Positions 9,898-19,991 of a stretch of DNA of 64,000 bases are shown piece by piece; the first letter of the stretch is position 1, and each line of letters opens with the position of its first letter. A program made the position numbers and the translations under genes. Origin of the DNA: a virus (lineage: Duplodnaviria > Caudoviricetes); IMG/VR virus record IMGVR_UViG_3300028738_000008. One strand, 5' to 3'. The notes under the pieces are model-generated. The model did not search any database. It was not told the DNA's origin and saw only the letters and a program-made list of their open reading frames with translations.

Positions 9898-12471
9898 TTA
9901 TTGTCCGATCATTCCGCCACTATAACTCTTCATTCTATTAACTAATATAGGTATATTGATAGCTTTAGCTGTGAATCTTTCTCCGTCAATATCCAACGTT
10001 ATGTTTGCTTTCATAGAAACTTCTTTATCGGCAAATTCCACTTTTAGAGGGGTTTTTAATAATGTTACCAATTCAGCGAATGCTGATCCACTCTTAGTAT
10101 TCATTTTAGAGATTGCATCAACAGTTGTTGCAATTGCTGTGTAATCGTCTGCACTACCTCTCATAGCTGTGTTTATTTCTCTAAATGCTGCCCCAACTCT
10201 TTCAAGTGCAGGCGCAGAATCTGATAATAATTTTACTTTATCTAGGCTTATATTTCCACCTGAACCAGCGTTCATCACATCGGCAATTCCTTTAGCTAAA
10301 TAGCCAATTCCAGCAGAGGCTGCGCCAATTCCACCTCCAATCATAGCAAATGTAGCACCTAAAGCTAGAAGGCCTGGCATTGTGGCAGCACTAGCAGCAC
10401 CGATAGCAGCTATACTTATAGAAAATGCTGTGCCCATTGCAGTTATAGCTGGAGACATCATTAAAGCAGCACCGCCTATAGCTAATACCGTTGCAGGTAA
10501 TGCCCATATTTTTGTGGAATCTAGTTTAGCCATTGAATCAGCTAACTTAGAAATTCCAAATGCAGCTAATCCAATTCCAGCACCTACGCCCACAGCGGCT
10601 GCACCAAATCCAGCACCAGCCATCATCTTACCTTTACCAGCCATTTGAGAAGCTTTTCCAGCATTTAAAACGCTAGCACCTCTACCTTTCGGAAGAGACG
10701 GTTTATTTGAATTACCAATTGTACCTGCAAATCCAGCACCAGCTCCTCCAAATAATTGCTTGCCAGATGCATAGTAAACCACTTTAGATAATGCAGTTGC
10801 ACCACCATTAATTAAAACAGCAGCAGCAGTTAAAACACCAGCTATTTTTAAAGCAGCCATACCAATTGGATTATTAAGAATGCTTTTTATAACGTGTGAT
10901 ATGTCTTGAAAAACAGGTATAACTATTTTCATTACCTCATTAACACCTCTTAACATTGGTAATAGTAATGTTTTAAAGGAAGCCAATGTAGCTTGTAATG
11001 CTTCTTCGAATGTTAAAGCATCTTTGGCTCTTTGCTCCAAAGCTGCTTTCTGTTGTATGAACGCATTTGCTTCACTTTCGGTTAAATTTGCTATATTTTT
11101 AGCAGTTGTCCCAACCATAACCTGAAATTGTCCAGTTTTTGAATTAAATATGGCAGCACCTTCAATAGCTGATTTATCATCTTTAGATAATCCTGAACCA
11201 ATCATGTTCTTACGCATTTTCATGATATCAGCCATTCTAAGAGCCTGCTGTGTTAATTCGCCATTTTGTAAGCCTAATGATTTCTCAACAGATGCCATAC
11301 GATCTCTATCAGCAGGCGATATAAATTTTGTAAATGTTCCATCAGCTTGTTTTTGAAATGTTACAACGCCTTTAGTCATATCATTAATCTTTTCTGTGAA
11401 TTTTGCAGGATCATTACGAGAAAGGAATAACATTTCAAAAGGATCAGATTTAGCAAATTCGCCACCCATAATCTGTAGATTCGATGCTAGTTCAATAGCA
11501 CCTTCCAAAGTTTTTGCTGTGTCAATTGCATTAAAAGCCTGACTAAAATCGATATTCATTTTTGTAGCATAGGCTGACATTTCCATCATACCTTTTACAC
11601 CACCTTTAAAATTATATAGGTTTAATTTCTTAAAATTATCTGATACGTTTTTTAATGCTTTTGTTGTGTTGATACCATATTTCTCACTTGAATGAACGAA
11701 TTCATCAGTCATTTCATATGTTTTTTGTGCATCAATACCCATTAGCTCAAACTGTGAAGCCATTTTTGTGGCATTGTCAACACCTAAACCAGTTCCTTTA
11801 CCTATTGCAACGATATTAACGAGCATCTTTTCAGACATTACTCTGGAACGTCCTGTTTCATCAGCAAATCCTTGCATTACGGACTGTAAGTCCTCCAATC
11901 CGCCACCCATTTCGGCAACAGACATTGCAGAGTTTTCGAAAGAAGTTCTAATCATATCAGCCTTTAAACCAGACATGCCGAGGTTTAATGTGGTTTGTCT
12001 AATGATCTTATCTGACTGCATCAAGCCTTGTATCCAAGCTGCTTCAAGTTTAGTGTTATCTATGAGAAGCTTTTTACGGGCTTCGTATAATTCATTACTT
12101 TTCTTCTGCTTTTCTATTAAAGCATCTTGTTCCTTATTTTCTTCTTTTAAACTTTGTACTTTTTTTAATTGATTGGTATATGCAACACTGCTTTTATTAG
12201 TAATAGCATCAAGTTTTTTTAACTCAAGATCTAAAGCAGCATTTCTAGCATCTTGTGCTTTTTGAGCAATTTCAGCTTGTTTTGCGTTTCGATCCCTACT
12301 ATTAAATATACCATTAAGCAGACTTAATTCATTTTGCAGCAATGCTAAGTCTTGATTTTGTAGATCAAGAGCTTGTTTAGCATCTTTTACAGCCTGTTTT
12401 TGCTGGGTTGCTAACTGTGCTCTAGCTGCTGCCGCTGCTTGTGCTTGTGCCGACTGTGTTGGTGCTGCCAT
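9898..12471 (-). CDS. Tape measure protein
   Basis: Long helical Ala/Gly/Lys-rich protein with hydrophobic Ala-Gly stretches, directly after the tail chaperone. Confidence 0.8.
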   Translation of the reverse strand: MAAPTQSAQAQAAAAARAQLATQQKQAVKDAKQALDLQNQDLALLQNELSLLNGIFNSRDRNAKQAEIAQKAQDARNAALDLELKKLDAITNKSSVAYTNQLKKVQSLKEENKEQDALIEKQKKSNELYEARKKLLIDNTKLEAAWIQGLMQSDKIIRQTTLNLGMSGLKADMIRTSFENSAMSVAEMGGGLEDLQSVMQGFADETGRSRVMSEKMLVNIVAIGKGTGLGVDNATKMASQFELMGIDAQKTYEMTDEFVHSSEKYGINTTKALKNVSDNFKKLNLYNFKGGVKGMMEMSAYATKMNIDFSQAFNAIDTAKTLEGAIELASNLQIMGGEFAKSDPFEMLFLSRNDPAKFTEKINDMTKGVVTFQKQADGTFTKFISPADRDRMASVEKSLGLQNGELTQQALRMADIMKMRKNMIGSGLSKDDKSAIEGAAIFNSKTGQFQVMVGTTAKNIANLTESEANAFIQQKAALEQRAKDALTFEEALQATLASFKTLLLPMLRGVNEVMKIVIPVFQDISHVIKSILNNPIGMAALKIAGVLTAAAVLINGGATALSKVVYYASGKQLFGGAGAGFAGTIGNSNKPSLPKGRGASVLNAGKASQMAGKGKMMAGAGFGAAAVGVGAGIGLAAFGISKLADSMAKLDSTKIWALPATVLAIGGAALMMSPAITAMGTAFSISIAAIGAASAATMPGLLALGATFAMIGGGIGAASAGIGYLAKGIADVMNAGSGGNISLDKVKLLSDSAPALERVGAAFREINTAMRGSADDYTAIATTVDAISKMNTKSGSAFAELVTLLKTPLKVEFADKEVSMKANITLDIDGERFTAKAINIPILVNRMKSYSGGMIGQ

Positions 12472-12488
12472 AATTCATTACTATTTCA

Positions 12489-12496
12489 TATAAATA
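12489..12496 (-). promoter_or_regulatory. Putative late promoter motif TATTTATA (sense)
   Basis: Between terminator and tape measure start 12471. Confidence 0.6.
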
Positions 12497-12497
12497 C

Positions 12498-12536
12498 AAA
12501 AGGAACTAAATTATAATAACTTAGTTCCCTTTTTTT
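12498..12536 (-). terminator. Intrinsic terminator after the chaperone genes
   Basis: GGAACTAA/TTAGTTCC stem followed by TTTT on the minus strand. Confidence 0.6.
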
Positions 12537-12732
12537 ATCTATGTCTAGCAGCTTCTTGCTGCTTTTCCATTTCCTCGTTTTCTTTTTGCATTAAATGTAA
12601 GAAATATCTCCTTTTGTAAACTGGTATACCTTCCACATAATCAGCTTGAAACCTGCCATGTTTAGTTAGAATGTAGATTTCGTCATTTACCATTTTTTTA
12701 TAATCACCTGCTAGGTGTTTGGGAAAAAAAAA
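12535..12732 (-). CDS. Tail chaperone frameshift extension (GT-like), absent from the ORF track
   Basis: -1 frame open from the T9 run: FPKHLAGDYKKMVNDEIYILTKHGRFQADYVEGIPVYKRRYFLHLMQKENEEMEKQQEAARHR*; internal ATG at 12693 would give 52 aa. Confidence 0.75.
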   Translation of the reverse strand, partial: FFFPKHLAGDYKKMVNDEIYILTKHGRFQADYVEGIPVYKRRYFLHLMQKENEEMEKQQEAARHR

Positions 12733-13580
12733 TCTATACCGAGCGTTAAATTGGACTTAAATTCAAATCCATCGTCAGTGGTAAATGTATAGCTAAGGTC
12801 AACATCTGGAGATACTTCAACAATTTTTTTACGAATTGTGAAAGCATCTAAGGCAGGCATCGCATCAACAAATTTATCAATGTATCCACGATCGGTATTC
12901 CCTTCAATTGAGATAATACTTGCTTTAAGCCTAATGGTGCTGTATGAGCTATATGTTTTGCTATACGCCAATTTAATAGCCTCAGCTTTTTTAGAAATGT
13001 TATCGTCTTCACCATATGTTAATATTCTGAAAACAACATTCTTTTTTCTCATAGGAATAAACACTGTAAAATGACCATTAGCGTCTGGTATTTCTTTTAC
13101 TTCCTTATATGTCAGGTTAAGTAAATTAACAACTGTTTTAAATGCTTGACCATTTCTAGGGTCTGTGGCGACAACTGAATAATCTGCGCCATATGATGTA
13201 GTTCTTAAAAATAATATTAAAGCATTTCTATCACCTTGCAATAGATCGAACGTGTTTACATTTGGCGTTTTGACTTTCTTTTTTAACAATAAGTCTAAAA
13301 CAGTACCATTTTCAATTAACGATGGCGTTGTTAAAAGGTCTTCGTCTTTAGAAGTCATGTATTCAATACTAATTTCCGATAAATGATTTTCATAGAATAA
13401 ACCTTTTGATGGTAACTGAACTATCTCACATACCGTAATTAGGTCAGGGTCAGTTTCTTTGCTCATGACGTCATTATAGCCTGTTGTCATGGATGATACG
13501 CCAGTGCTCTGTGCCCCAGCATTTTTATTGTATCCTTGTATTGCATTCTTGATTGCTTGTGCTCCTGTTTCCTTTGCCAT
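12711..13580 (-). CDS. Tail assembly chaperone / baseplate hub assembly protein (T4 gp26-like)
   Basis: LPSKGLFY, MTSKDEDLL, GDRNALILFLR, GIDFFFP end; position upstream of tape measure. Confidence 0.7.
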   Translation of the reverse strand: MAKETGAQAIKNAIQGYNKNAGAQSTGVSSMTTGYNDVMSKETDPDLITVCEIVQLPSKGLFYENHLSEISIEYMTSKDEDLLTTPSLIENGTVLDLLLKKKVKTPNVNTFDLLQGDRNALILFLRTTSYGADYSVVATDPRNGQAFKTVVNLLNLTYKEVKEIPDANGHFTVFIPMRKKNVVFRILTYGEDDNISKKAEAIKLAYSKTYSSYSTIRLKASIISIEGNTDRGYIDKFVDAMPALDAFTIRKKIVEVSPDVDLSYTFTTDDGFEFKSNLTLGIDFFFPNT

Positions 13581-13693
13581 TTTCTATAAATATTTATAAT
13601 ATTTTATTATTTTGATTATAAATAGTGTTTTTTTTAAAAAGAATTCAAGATTTTTGCTTTTCAGTTGTATAATGTAATAAAATAATATCTCAG

Positions 13694-14470
13694 ATGGGAA
13701 AAACTAATAAAAAGCTTGAAGCTGTTAAGCTCGAAGAAAAAGAATTTATTAATATTGTTAACGGTGCTGAAAAGAACTTAGCAACTATGAAAAATGAGAT
13801 CGGAAAGATTATAACTACCGATATAAAGGTTTCTGCTAAGAATGATAGCCAGAAGAAAATTTTTGAGTCTATCAAAAATAATGAGATTACCATTTGTTCT
13901 GGGTTTGCAGGGTCTGGTAAAACATATGTGGCACTAGCTGCCGCACTCAACCTGTTAAAAAAAGGAGGCAATTCATATAAAAAGATTTATTTAATTAAAT
14001 CCGTGACGCCGCTTAAGGAAGAATCAATCGGGTATCTTAAAGGTACTATGGAAGAAAAAATGGAACCTTTCATGTGGAGTTTTAACTTTAACATTGCTAA
14101 ATTAGTTAGCGAAAATACATTTAAGATTCTATCTGAAAAAGGATACATAAAAATATTACCTCTAGCTTATTTGAGAGGAACAACATTAGACGACTGTATC
14201 ATCATATTGGATGAATGCCAAAACGTAACAGTTGATAATGCACACACCGCCATGACAAGGGTCGGTAATAATTGTAAATTGATTATCTTGGGAGACGTTG
14301 ATCAGGTTGACCTAAAATTTAAAAAGGATAGCTCTTTACACGTATTAATTAATTTATTTGAAGACGTTGAAGAAATTGGAACAATAAAAATGAATGAGAC
14401 GGATGTAAATGTTAGAAATCCTATTATCGCAAAAATTGAGGCAAAATTTAAAGAACATTATAAGAAATGA
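13694..14470 (+). CDS. phoH: PhoH-like ATPase
   Basis: GFAGSGKT Walker A, IGYLKG, AYLRGTT, ILDECQN, GDVDQVD motifs. Confidence 0.95.
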   Translation: MGKTNKKLEAVKLEEKEFINIVNGAEKNLATMKNEIGKIITTDIKVSAKNDSQKKIFESIKNNEITICSGFAGSGKTYVALAAALNLLKKGGNSYKKIYLIKSVTPLKEESIGYLKGTMEEKMEPFMWSFNFNIAKLVSENTFKILSEKGYIKILPLAYLRGTTLDDCIIILDECQNVTVDNAHTAMTRVGNNCKLIILGDVDQVDLKFKKDSSLHVLINLFEDVEEIGTIKMNETDVNVRNPIIAKIEAKFKEHYKK

Positions 14471-15204
14471 CAGAAAAAATAAAAATCGGAATCGATATTA
14501 ACGAAATCTTGCGAGCCAAATGGCTTCAGTTTGATCGTTATTATTTCAATGAGTTTGGCGCAGATGGTGTGCCAACAAATATACCCTATGTATATGACTA
14601 TTTTAACACATATAAATGGGAAGCAGTTAGCGAACAAATAAAAGTACTTAAGGACAAATTTGTTGACGATATTAGCCCTCTAAGCTACGTTACAGACGAG
14701 AATGGTGATGCGCCAGTCGATGCATACATTTCAAATGTTGAAACAGTTAATCAAACTGGACTTGAAGTGTATAATAAATTCATGCATCTTGATTATGTCT
14801 TTGAAATATCTGGCTCTGCGCCGTTTATGTATAAAGGACTTGACTTAGACCTTAAGAATTTCTTATACAAATATGGTAAGAATATTGAGGTGACAATTTT
14901 CTCCGTAGAGAATGTTCACACTATTCCGCCAACATTATTCTTCCTGAGTAGGGTAATGTCACGCTTTAGTAATTATAAATTTGTTGAGAAGTCAACAGAT
15001 ATTATTAAAGACGTTGATATTATAATTACAACAGACCCAGAGTTGCTTGATACAAAGCTTCAAGAAGGTAAAACAATTATTAAAATTGATAGACCATATA
15101 ATGTTGAAAATGGTAAACAATATACATCAGTCCTACAATTAGTGGAATTGGTCGATAACGACGAGTTCGAAAAAATGATAGGATACACAAAAACAATCGA
15201 ATAA
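14467..15204 (+). CDS. HAD-like 5'(3')-nucleotidase family protein, possibly degenerate
   Basis: KIGIDINEIL at N-terminus, IIITTDP and KIDRPYN near C-terminus. Confidence 0.5.
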   Translation: MTEKIKIGIDINEILRAKWLQFDRYYFNEFGADGVPTNIPYVYDYFNTYKWEAVSEQIKVLKDKFVDDISPLSYVTDENGDAPVDAYISNVETVNQTGLEVYNKFMHLDYVFEISGSAPFMYKGLDLDLKNFLYKYGKNIEVTIFSVENVHTIPPTLFFLSRVMSRFSNYKFVEKSTDIIKDVDIIITTDPELLDTKLQEGKTIIKIDRPYNVENGKQYTSVLQLVELVDNDEFEKMIGYTKTIE

Positions 15205-15212
15205 TTACAAAA

Positions 15213-16307
15213 ATGCTAGAAAATAACGATTTAAACAAAGAAAAGATCACTGTTTTAACAAAAGCAGTCGCAAGATTGGAAGCAAAGGAATCTAAGTTCA
15301 TATTCTGTGTTCCAGACTCTGCAGGCCCTTCCGCATCAGTATATGAGCTATATACACATGCAAATGTTTTAAAGAATATGGGATATAACGTCACAATGAT
15401 GACCGAAAGTTCTGATCTGAAAGCTCCTGAGTGGATTGAACCATCATTGACAGACATTAAACATGTATTAATTACTGATTCAAAAATAAATGTATCGCCA
15501 GATGACTTTATGATCATTCCAGAGGTGTTTACGAATATTATGGAACAAACAAAGAACTTACCATGTAAGAAAATATGTTTGTTACAGTCTTTTGATTACA
15601 TGTTAAATGGCTTAATTCCAGGCACTGACTTCGAATTGTTCGGTATTAATGATGTTATTACAACATCTGAAACACTTAGAACAATGCTTAACACATTTTA
15701 TGGTGAAAAGTATAAAGTGGAAACATATGATATTGGTATTCCAGACTACTTCAAGCCATCTGAAATGCCTCAGAAACCAGTTATCTCTATCGTAGGCAGA
15801 AATAGTAATGACATTTCAAAGGTTATTAAACTATTTTTCAGTAAGTATCCTCATTTGAAATGGGTGACATTTGATCCATTGCTAACGAACACTAAACCGC
15901 CGACACAATTGGATAGAATTGACTTCGCCGAAAGACTTAGAAATAACTTTGCGGCTGTGTGGATTGATAGAATAGCATCTTTCGGAACATTCCCAATTGA
16001 GTGTATGAAAAGTGGTGTAATTCCGATCTTTATTGTCCCAGACATTGAGCCAGAATATTTGCAAGACGCCAGCAAGAAATATGTTGAGGCAGGCATGTAT
16101 ACCAGCAATATTTATGATATTCCTGTTATGATCGGCGATTTATTAACTAAATTCATCGATGACAGTATTCCAGATCAAATCTATGAAACAATGTCAGCAA
16201 TTGCCGACAGATATACAATGGATAAATCTGAAAAACAGCTTACAGAGATTTACTCTAAATATGTTGAAGAAAGAATAAGCTTTTTGAAAAATGCATTAAA
16301 CAATTAA
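15213..16307 (+). CDS. GT-B fold glycosyltransferase (family 4-like)
   Basis: ELYTHANVLKNMGY, IIPEVF, SFGTFPIECMKSGVIP motifs. Confidence 0.75.
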   Translation: MLENNDLNKEKITVLTKAVARLEAKESKFIFCVPDSAGPSASVYELYTHANVLKNMGYNVTMMTESSDLKAPEWIEPSLTDIKHVLITDSKINVSPDDFMIIPEVFTNIMEQTKNLPCKKICLLQSFDYMLNGLIPGTDFELFGINDVITTSETLRTMLNTFYGEKYKVETYDIGIPDYFKPSEMPQKPVISIVGRNSNDISKVIKLFFSKYPHLKWVTFDPLLTNTKPPTQLDRIDFAERLRNNFAAVWIDRIASFGTFPIECMKSGVIPIFIVPDIEPEYLQDASKKYVEAGMYTSNIYDIPVMIGDLLTKFIDDSIPDQIYETMSAIADRYTMDKSEKQLTEIYSKYVEERISFLKNALNN

Positions 16308-16313
16308 TAGAAA

Positions 16314-17114
16314 ATGACACAATTAAGTATAATAATTCCAGTATCAGAATTCAATGACACTGTTAAAGAATATCTAGCTAAGGCGATTAAATCTGTTGCA
16401 GATCAGGACAATGCTCCTGATAAGCCACAGTTAGTAGTGGTATTTCCACCAAAAGCCGCACAGGTAATATTCTTTGTGAAAGAGCTAAATCTTGAAAACG
16501 TTGTAAAATTTATAACGACTACAGATGCAGCTGCCGACTATCAGTCACAAATCAATTGGGCTGTAAATGAAATTGATACTGAATATTTTTCAGTTTTAGA
16601 ATTTGATGATGAACTAGGCAAAACATACGTGAAAAACGCTACACAGTACGCAGCAGCTTATCCGCTTGTAGATATTTTCATTCTAATGATGCTTGAAGTT
16701 GATACTGAAAACAAACCAGTAAAAATTTCGAACGAAATTGCTTGGTCGCAGCATTTCGCAGGCGACATTGAAAACCTTGGGTATCTTAGCGTTGAAACCG
16801 TTAAATCTTATTCAGACTTCAAGCTTTCGGGTGCTGTGATTAAAAAATCAGACTTTGTAAAGAATGGTGGATATAAAGTTAATATAAAGTTAACATTTAT
16901 GTTTGAATACTTGCTAAGGTCATTGAATAATAACAGCAAGGCTTTCATCATTCCAAAGATCATCTACAAGCATTTGGTAGATCGCCCAGACAGCATGTTC
17001 GAAGTATATTCTAAAACAATGCCAAAACTGGAACGTAAGTTTTGGTTCGACATTGCAATGAAGGAGTACTTCTTCAATAAAGATAGAGAGTTAAATCTAT
17101 CTAGCATTAGTTAA
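16314..17114 (+). CDS. GT-A glycosyltransferase (family 2-like)
   Basis: LSIIIPV...YLAKAIKSVADQ, FSVLEFDDEL (DxD-like) motifs. Confidence 0.8.
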   Translation: MTQLSIIIPVSEFNDTVKEYLAKAIKSVADQDNAPDKPQLVVVFPPKAAQVIFFVKELNLENVVKFITTTDAAADYQSQINWAVNEIDTEYFSVLEFDDELGKTYVKNATQYAAAYPLVDIFILMMLEVDTENKPVKISNEIAWSQHFAGDIENLGYLSVETVKSYSDFKLSGAVIKKSDFVKNGGYKVNIKLTFMFEYLLRSLNNNSKAFIIPKIIYKHLVDRPDSMFEVYSKTMPKLERKFWFDIAMKEYFFNKDRELNLSSIS

Positions 17115-17128
17115 AAACGAATATTTAA

Positions 17129-17875
17129 ATGAAAAAAAAGAAATATGAGTTATACTTTGCCGAAAAAGAGGAACAAGCCATAATCGACTATATTGCGACA
17201 GATTCCGCCGAAGTTAAAAACAAAATTTATAATGAAATATTGATTGTACCATTTCGTAAAATGATACAATCAATATTACGAAAATATCCGATTTATATCG
17301 GATGCTACGACATTGCAGAGGTTGAATCCAATGCTTTGAGTCATCTTATTGAGCAAATGGTTAAGTATAAACCAGATACAATTACAAAATCTGGTAACAA
17401 GACCAAAGCTTTCAGTTATTGTCAAACAATTGTTCGTAACTATTATAAGGATCATGGTAGAAAAAGCTACACCGAAAAGAAGACTAACTTATCTTATGAG
17501 GATTATACCGATGATTTCGATAATAATTCTTCGTATGCATATGAACTTGATGGCGAAAACAGCGTTGACATACTTGATAAATTAATTCAATCTATTATAG
17601 ATGAGATTAATGATAAAATATCTCAGCCAACTATTAAGAAAAATGAACTTGTCGTTGGCGATGCCATTATAAACATTCTTAAAAATTGGGAATTACTGTT
17701 CAAAGAAGATAGCCCCGATGGTAAGTATAATAAAAAGGTTAGCAATATTTTTGCAAAGAATAAGATTTTGCTATATCTAAAGGAAATAACAAATCTGTCA
17801 ACAAAGGAAATTCGTGTGGCTATTAAGCCTTTCAAGGATTTATACTACATGAAGAAACAGAGCTTTTTCCAATAA
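17129..17875 (+). CDS. Phage RNA polymerase sigma factor (T4 gp55-like, late)
   Basis: KYKP...KAFSYCQTIVRNYY resembles sigma region 2 of gp55-type factors. Confidence 0.7.
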   Translation: MKKKKYELYFAEKEEQAIIDYIATDSAEVKNKIYNEILIVPFRKMIQSILRKYPIYIGCYDIAEVESNALSHLIEQMVKYKPDTITKSGNKTKAFSYCQTIVRNYYKDHGRKSYTEKKTNLSYEDYTDDFDNNSSYAYELDGENSVDILDKLIQSIIDEINDKISQPTIKKNELVVGDAIINILKNWELLFKEDSPDGKYNKKVSNIFAKNKILLYLKEITNLSTKEIRVAIKPFKDLYYMKKQSFFQ

Positions 17876-17889
17876 ATCATATTTTTTAG

Positions 17890-17897
17890 TATTTATA
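17890..17897 (+). promoter_or_regulatory. Putative late promoter motif TATTTATA (sense)
   Basis: 15 nt upstream of start 17913. Confidence 0.6.
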
Positions 17898-17912
17898 TGT
17901 AAAAACTATAAT

Positions 17913-18287
17913 ATGCCAAGACCAGCAAGAAAAAGATTGAGATTCGATGAAGAAAGTATGAACGATCTTCTACAGGAAATTTATGACGATTCGCTCAATA
18001 TCAAGCAAAAAGCTATACGTCTGTTTAATAAATGGGAAGTAAAGATTAAAGAAACTGGCGAAGTTGCCGCTATCGGCGATCAGCTTATCAAGCTTATTGC
18101 AGCAGAAGCCAAAAATGCTGACCAGAAATTGTTAATGTTAAAATATCTTAAAGAAGTTGTATATGACTCTAAGACAAAGACTAACGGCGATGACGAAAAG
18201 GCTGATGACATTAGCAGCGATAGCAGACAGGCTTTAATTGACATGGTTCATGACGAAATGGATAAAGAAAAAGAAAAGACGCAGTAA
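17913..18287 (+). CDS. Hypothetical helical protein
   Basis: ORF with late motif at 17890 and first of a tightly packed operon. Confidence 0.65.
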   Translation: MPRPARKRLRFDEESMNDLLQEIYDDSLNIKQKAIRLFNKWEVKIKETGEVAAIGDQLIKLIAAEAKNADQKLLMLKYLKEVVYDSKTKTNGDDEKADDISSDSRQALIDMVHDEMDKEKEKTQ

Positions 18288-18289
18288 AT

Positions 18290-19603
18290 ATGAGTATTAG
18301 CGAGAGAAAACAAAGTATATTTGCTACAATTGGGTCATTGTCTTCTTTACATGATGAAAAGGAAATTACTAAATTGAAAAGTACTTATAAATCCGTAAAG
18401 ACTAAATCCAATGACGAGATAGCATTTTTGCTCGATGTGTTAAAACAGGTCGTTGGCGGTGCTTTGTTAAAGGAAATGATCGGCGGACTTTTAACAGACT
18501 TTTTTACAAAGGTAGAATCTGAAATGAAAGAACCTTTGAAAAAACAGTTTACACAGGGTAACAGCGGCGATCAGATACCTGCGTCTTTTAAGAATGGAAT
18601 CCAAGTGCCTATTAAAAGCATTGATTCGCAGTCTAAGTTTAAGATCAAATCTGGGACTATTTCGGAAGACCTTAAATTTAATAATGTTATTCCAGATTTT
18701 GATACAAAGGTACGGTCAGCTTATTTAAATCAAGTGCCACAAGAATACTGTGGTTTGTCAATGAGTTTTGATCAGGTGACGCAATCATTAACCTTTAAAC
18801 CGACTACGGCTACTGAAAATTTTAGTATAGGTAAATGGTTTTCAGATTATATTGATGCAGCCGCTATCATAAATAAAAAAGAGGTTGTTACGAACATTTT
18901 GGATGCCATTTTTGGCACTATGGCTAAGACAGAGGATAAGAGCATAGATCAGATTATAAACGAGCTTAAATTACAGGAAACCATAAACAATATGCTCGAC
19001 GATGATAACAATCCGTTAAATCTGAATGATATCATTGATGCAGCAAATGCTTTAAAAAATGGTACTGTTGAGTATAATTTAGGATGCGGATATATCTATA
19101 ACAGTTTAACGCCAGAATTTTTCTCTGGCGCAACTACAACAATATCATCATCCAATGATCCTACTCTTGTTGGCAATGCCGTTGAATCCTGTATTACCAA
19201 TGGTGAGAATCCAGATACAATAGCTATTATTGACGAGAATTCTGCCGCCGCAAGAGATGGATATTTCGCTAGGATTATTAATATGATTAAAGAGAAAATC
19301 ATAAACGCTTTAGTTATGTCGCCTCAAATAGTTACGCTTAGGGCAATTATGGGAACATTAACATCTGGAAATCAGCCAAGCCCAAGCACAACAATTCTTG
19401 AGGAGGTCGGCGATGCAAAACAATTCATTAAATGCTTAGCACCTGTATTTGTTAATATGATGGTTGATTATATTTTGGCTATAGTGGTTTCAGAGTTATC
19501 TAAGTTATTATCGCCAATAATACAAAAGCTCGTTAAGGAAAAGACAAATCAGGTTAAAAGAATTATTCAGAGTCTTATACCAACAAAATTAGTAAAAATA
19601 TGA
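18290..19603 (+). CDS. Hypothetical protein, probably structural (baseplate operon)
   Basis: 437-aa ORF in the operon leading to the spike gene. Confidence 0.6.
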   Translation: MSISERKQSIFATIGSLSSLHDEKEITKLKSTYKSVKTKSNDEIAFLLDVLKQVVGGALLKEMIGGLLTDFFTKVESEMKEPLKKQFTQGNSGDQIPASFKNGIQVPIKSIDSQSKFKIKSGTISEDLKFNNVIPDFDTKVRSAYLNQVPQEYCGLSMSFDQVTQSLTFKPTTATENFSIGKWFSDYIDAAAIINKKEVVTNILDAIFGTMAKTEDKSIDQIINELKLQETINNMLDDDNNPLNLNDIIDAANALKNGTVEYNLGCGYIYNSLTPEFFSGATTTISSSNDPTLVGNAVESCITNGENPDTIAIIDENSAAARDGYFARIINMIKEKIINALVMSPQIVTLRAIMGTLTSGNQPSPSTTILEEVGDAKQFIKCLAPVFVNMMVDYILAIVVSELSKLLSPIIQKLVKEKTNQVKRIIQSLIPTKLVKI

Positions 19604-19989
19604 GCATAGAATCTTTAATGGACTACATATCCAAACTGTTAAACATAAATGTGAGTTCAGCTCCAACTATTCCAACGCCACTAATACTTACAGGCGTTGC
19701 TAATAGATCGGGTTTATCGCCAATAAAAATAGCATCGAGAATTATTGCTAGGAAAAGTGAGGCAGGTCTGTCTGTTGGAGTATTATCAACAGGCGAAGTC
19801 GCACCTGATGAAATCATGGAAAGAATTCGTGTTGAAGAGATAATTAGAGCATTGCAAGAGGAGGCTATCATACTGGTAGCCATACCCCCAGGAATTTTGG
19901 TGCAAGCAGCTGGAACGTCACCATCAGGCCCTGTAACAGTACTTGGGTCAACAACAAATTTATCAGGTGGTAAAGGAATAATATTATAA
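19600..19989 (+). CDS. Hypothetical protein, probably structural
   Basis: ATGA overlap with upstream gene; operon context. Confidence 0.6.
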   Translation: MSIESLMDYISKLLNINVSSAPTIPTPLILTGVANRSGLSPIKIASRIIARKSEAGLSVGVLSTGEVAPDEIMERIRVEEIIRALQEEAIILVAIPPGILVQAAGTSPSGPVTVLGSTTNLSGGKGIIL

Positions 19990-19991
19990 GC

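Noticed and set aside
13644-13673. Sigma70-type promoter for phoH (TTCAAG-N18-TATAAT)
   Set aside because: Weak -35 and TATAAT is common in such AT-rich DNA; inconsistent with the Bacteroidota-type signal elsewhere.
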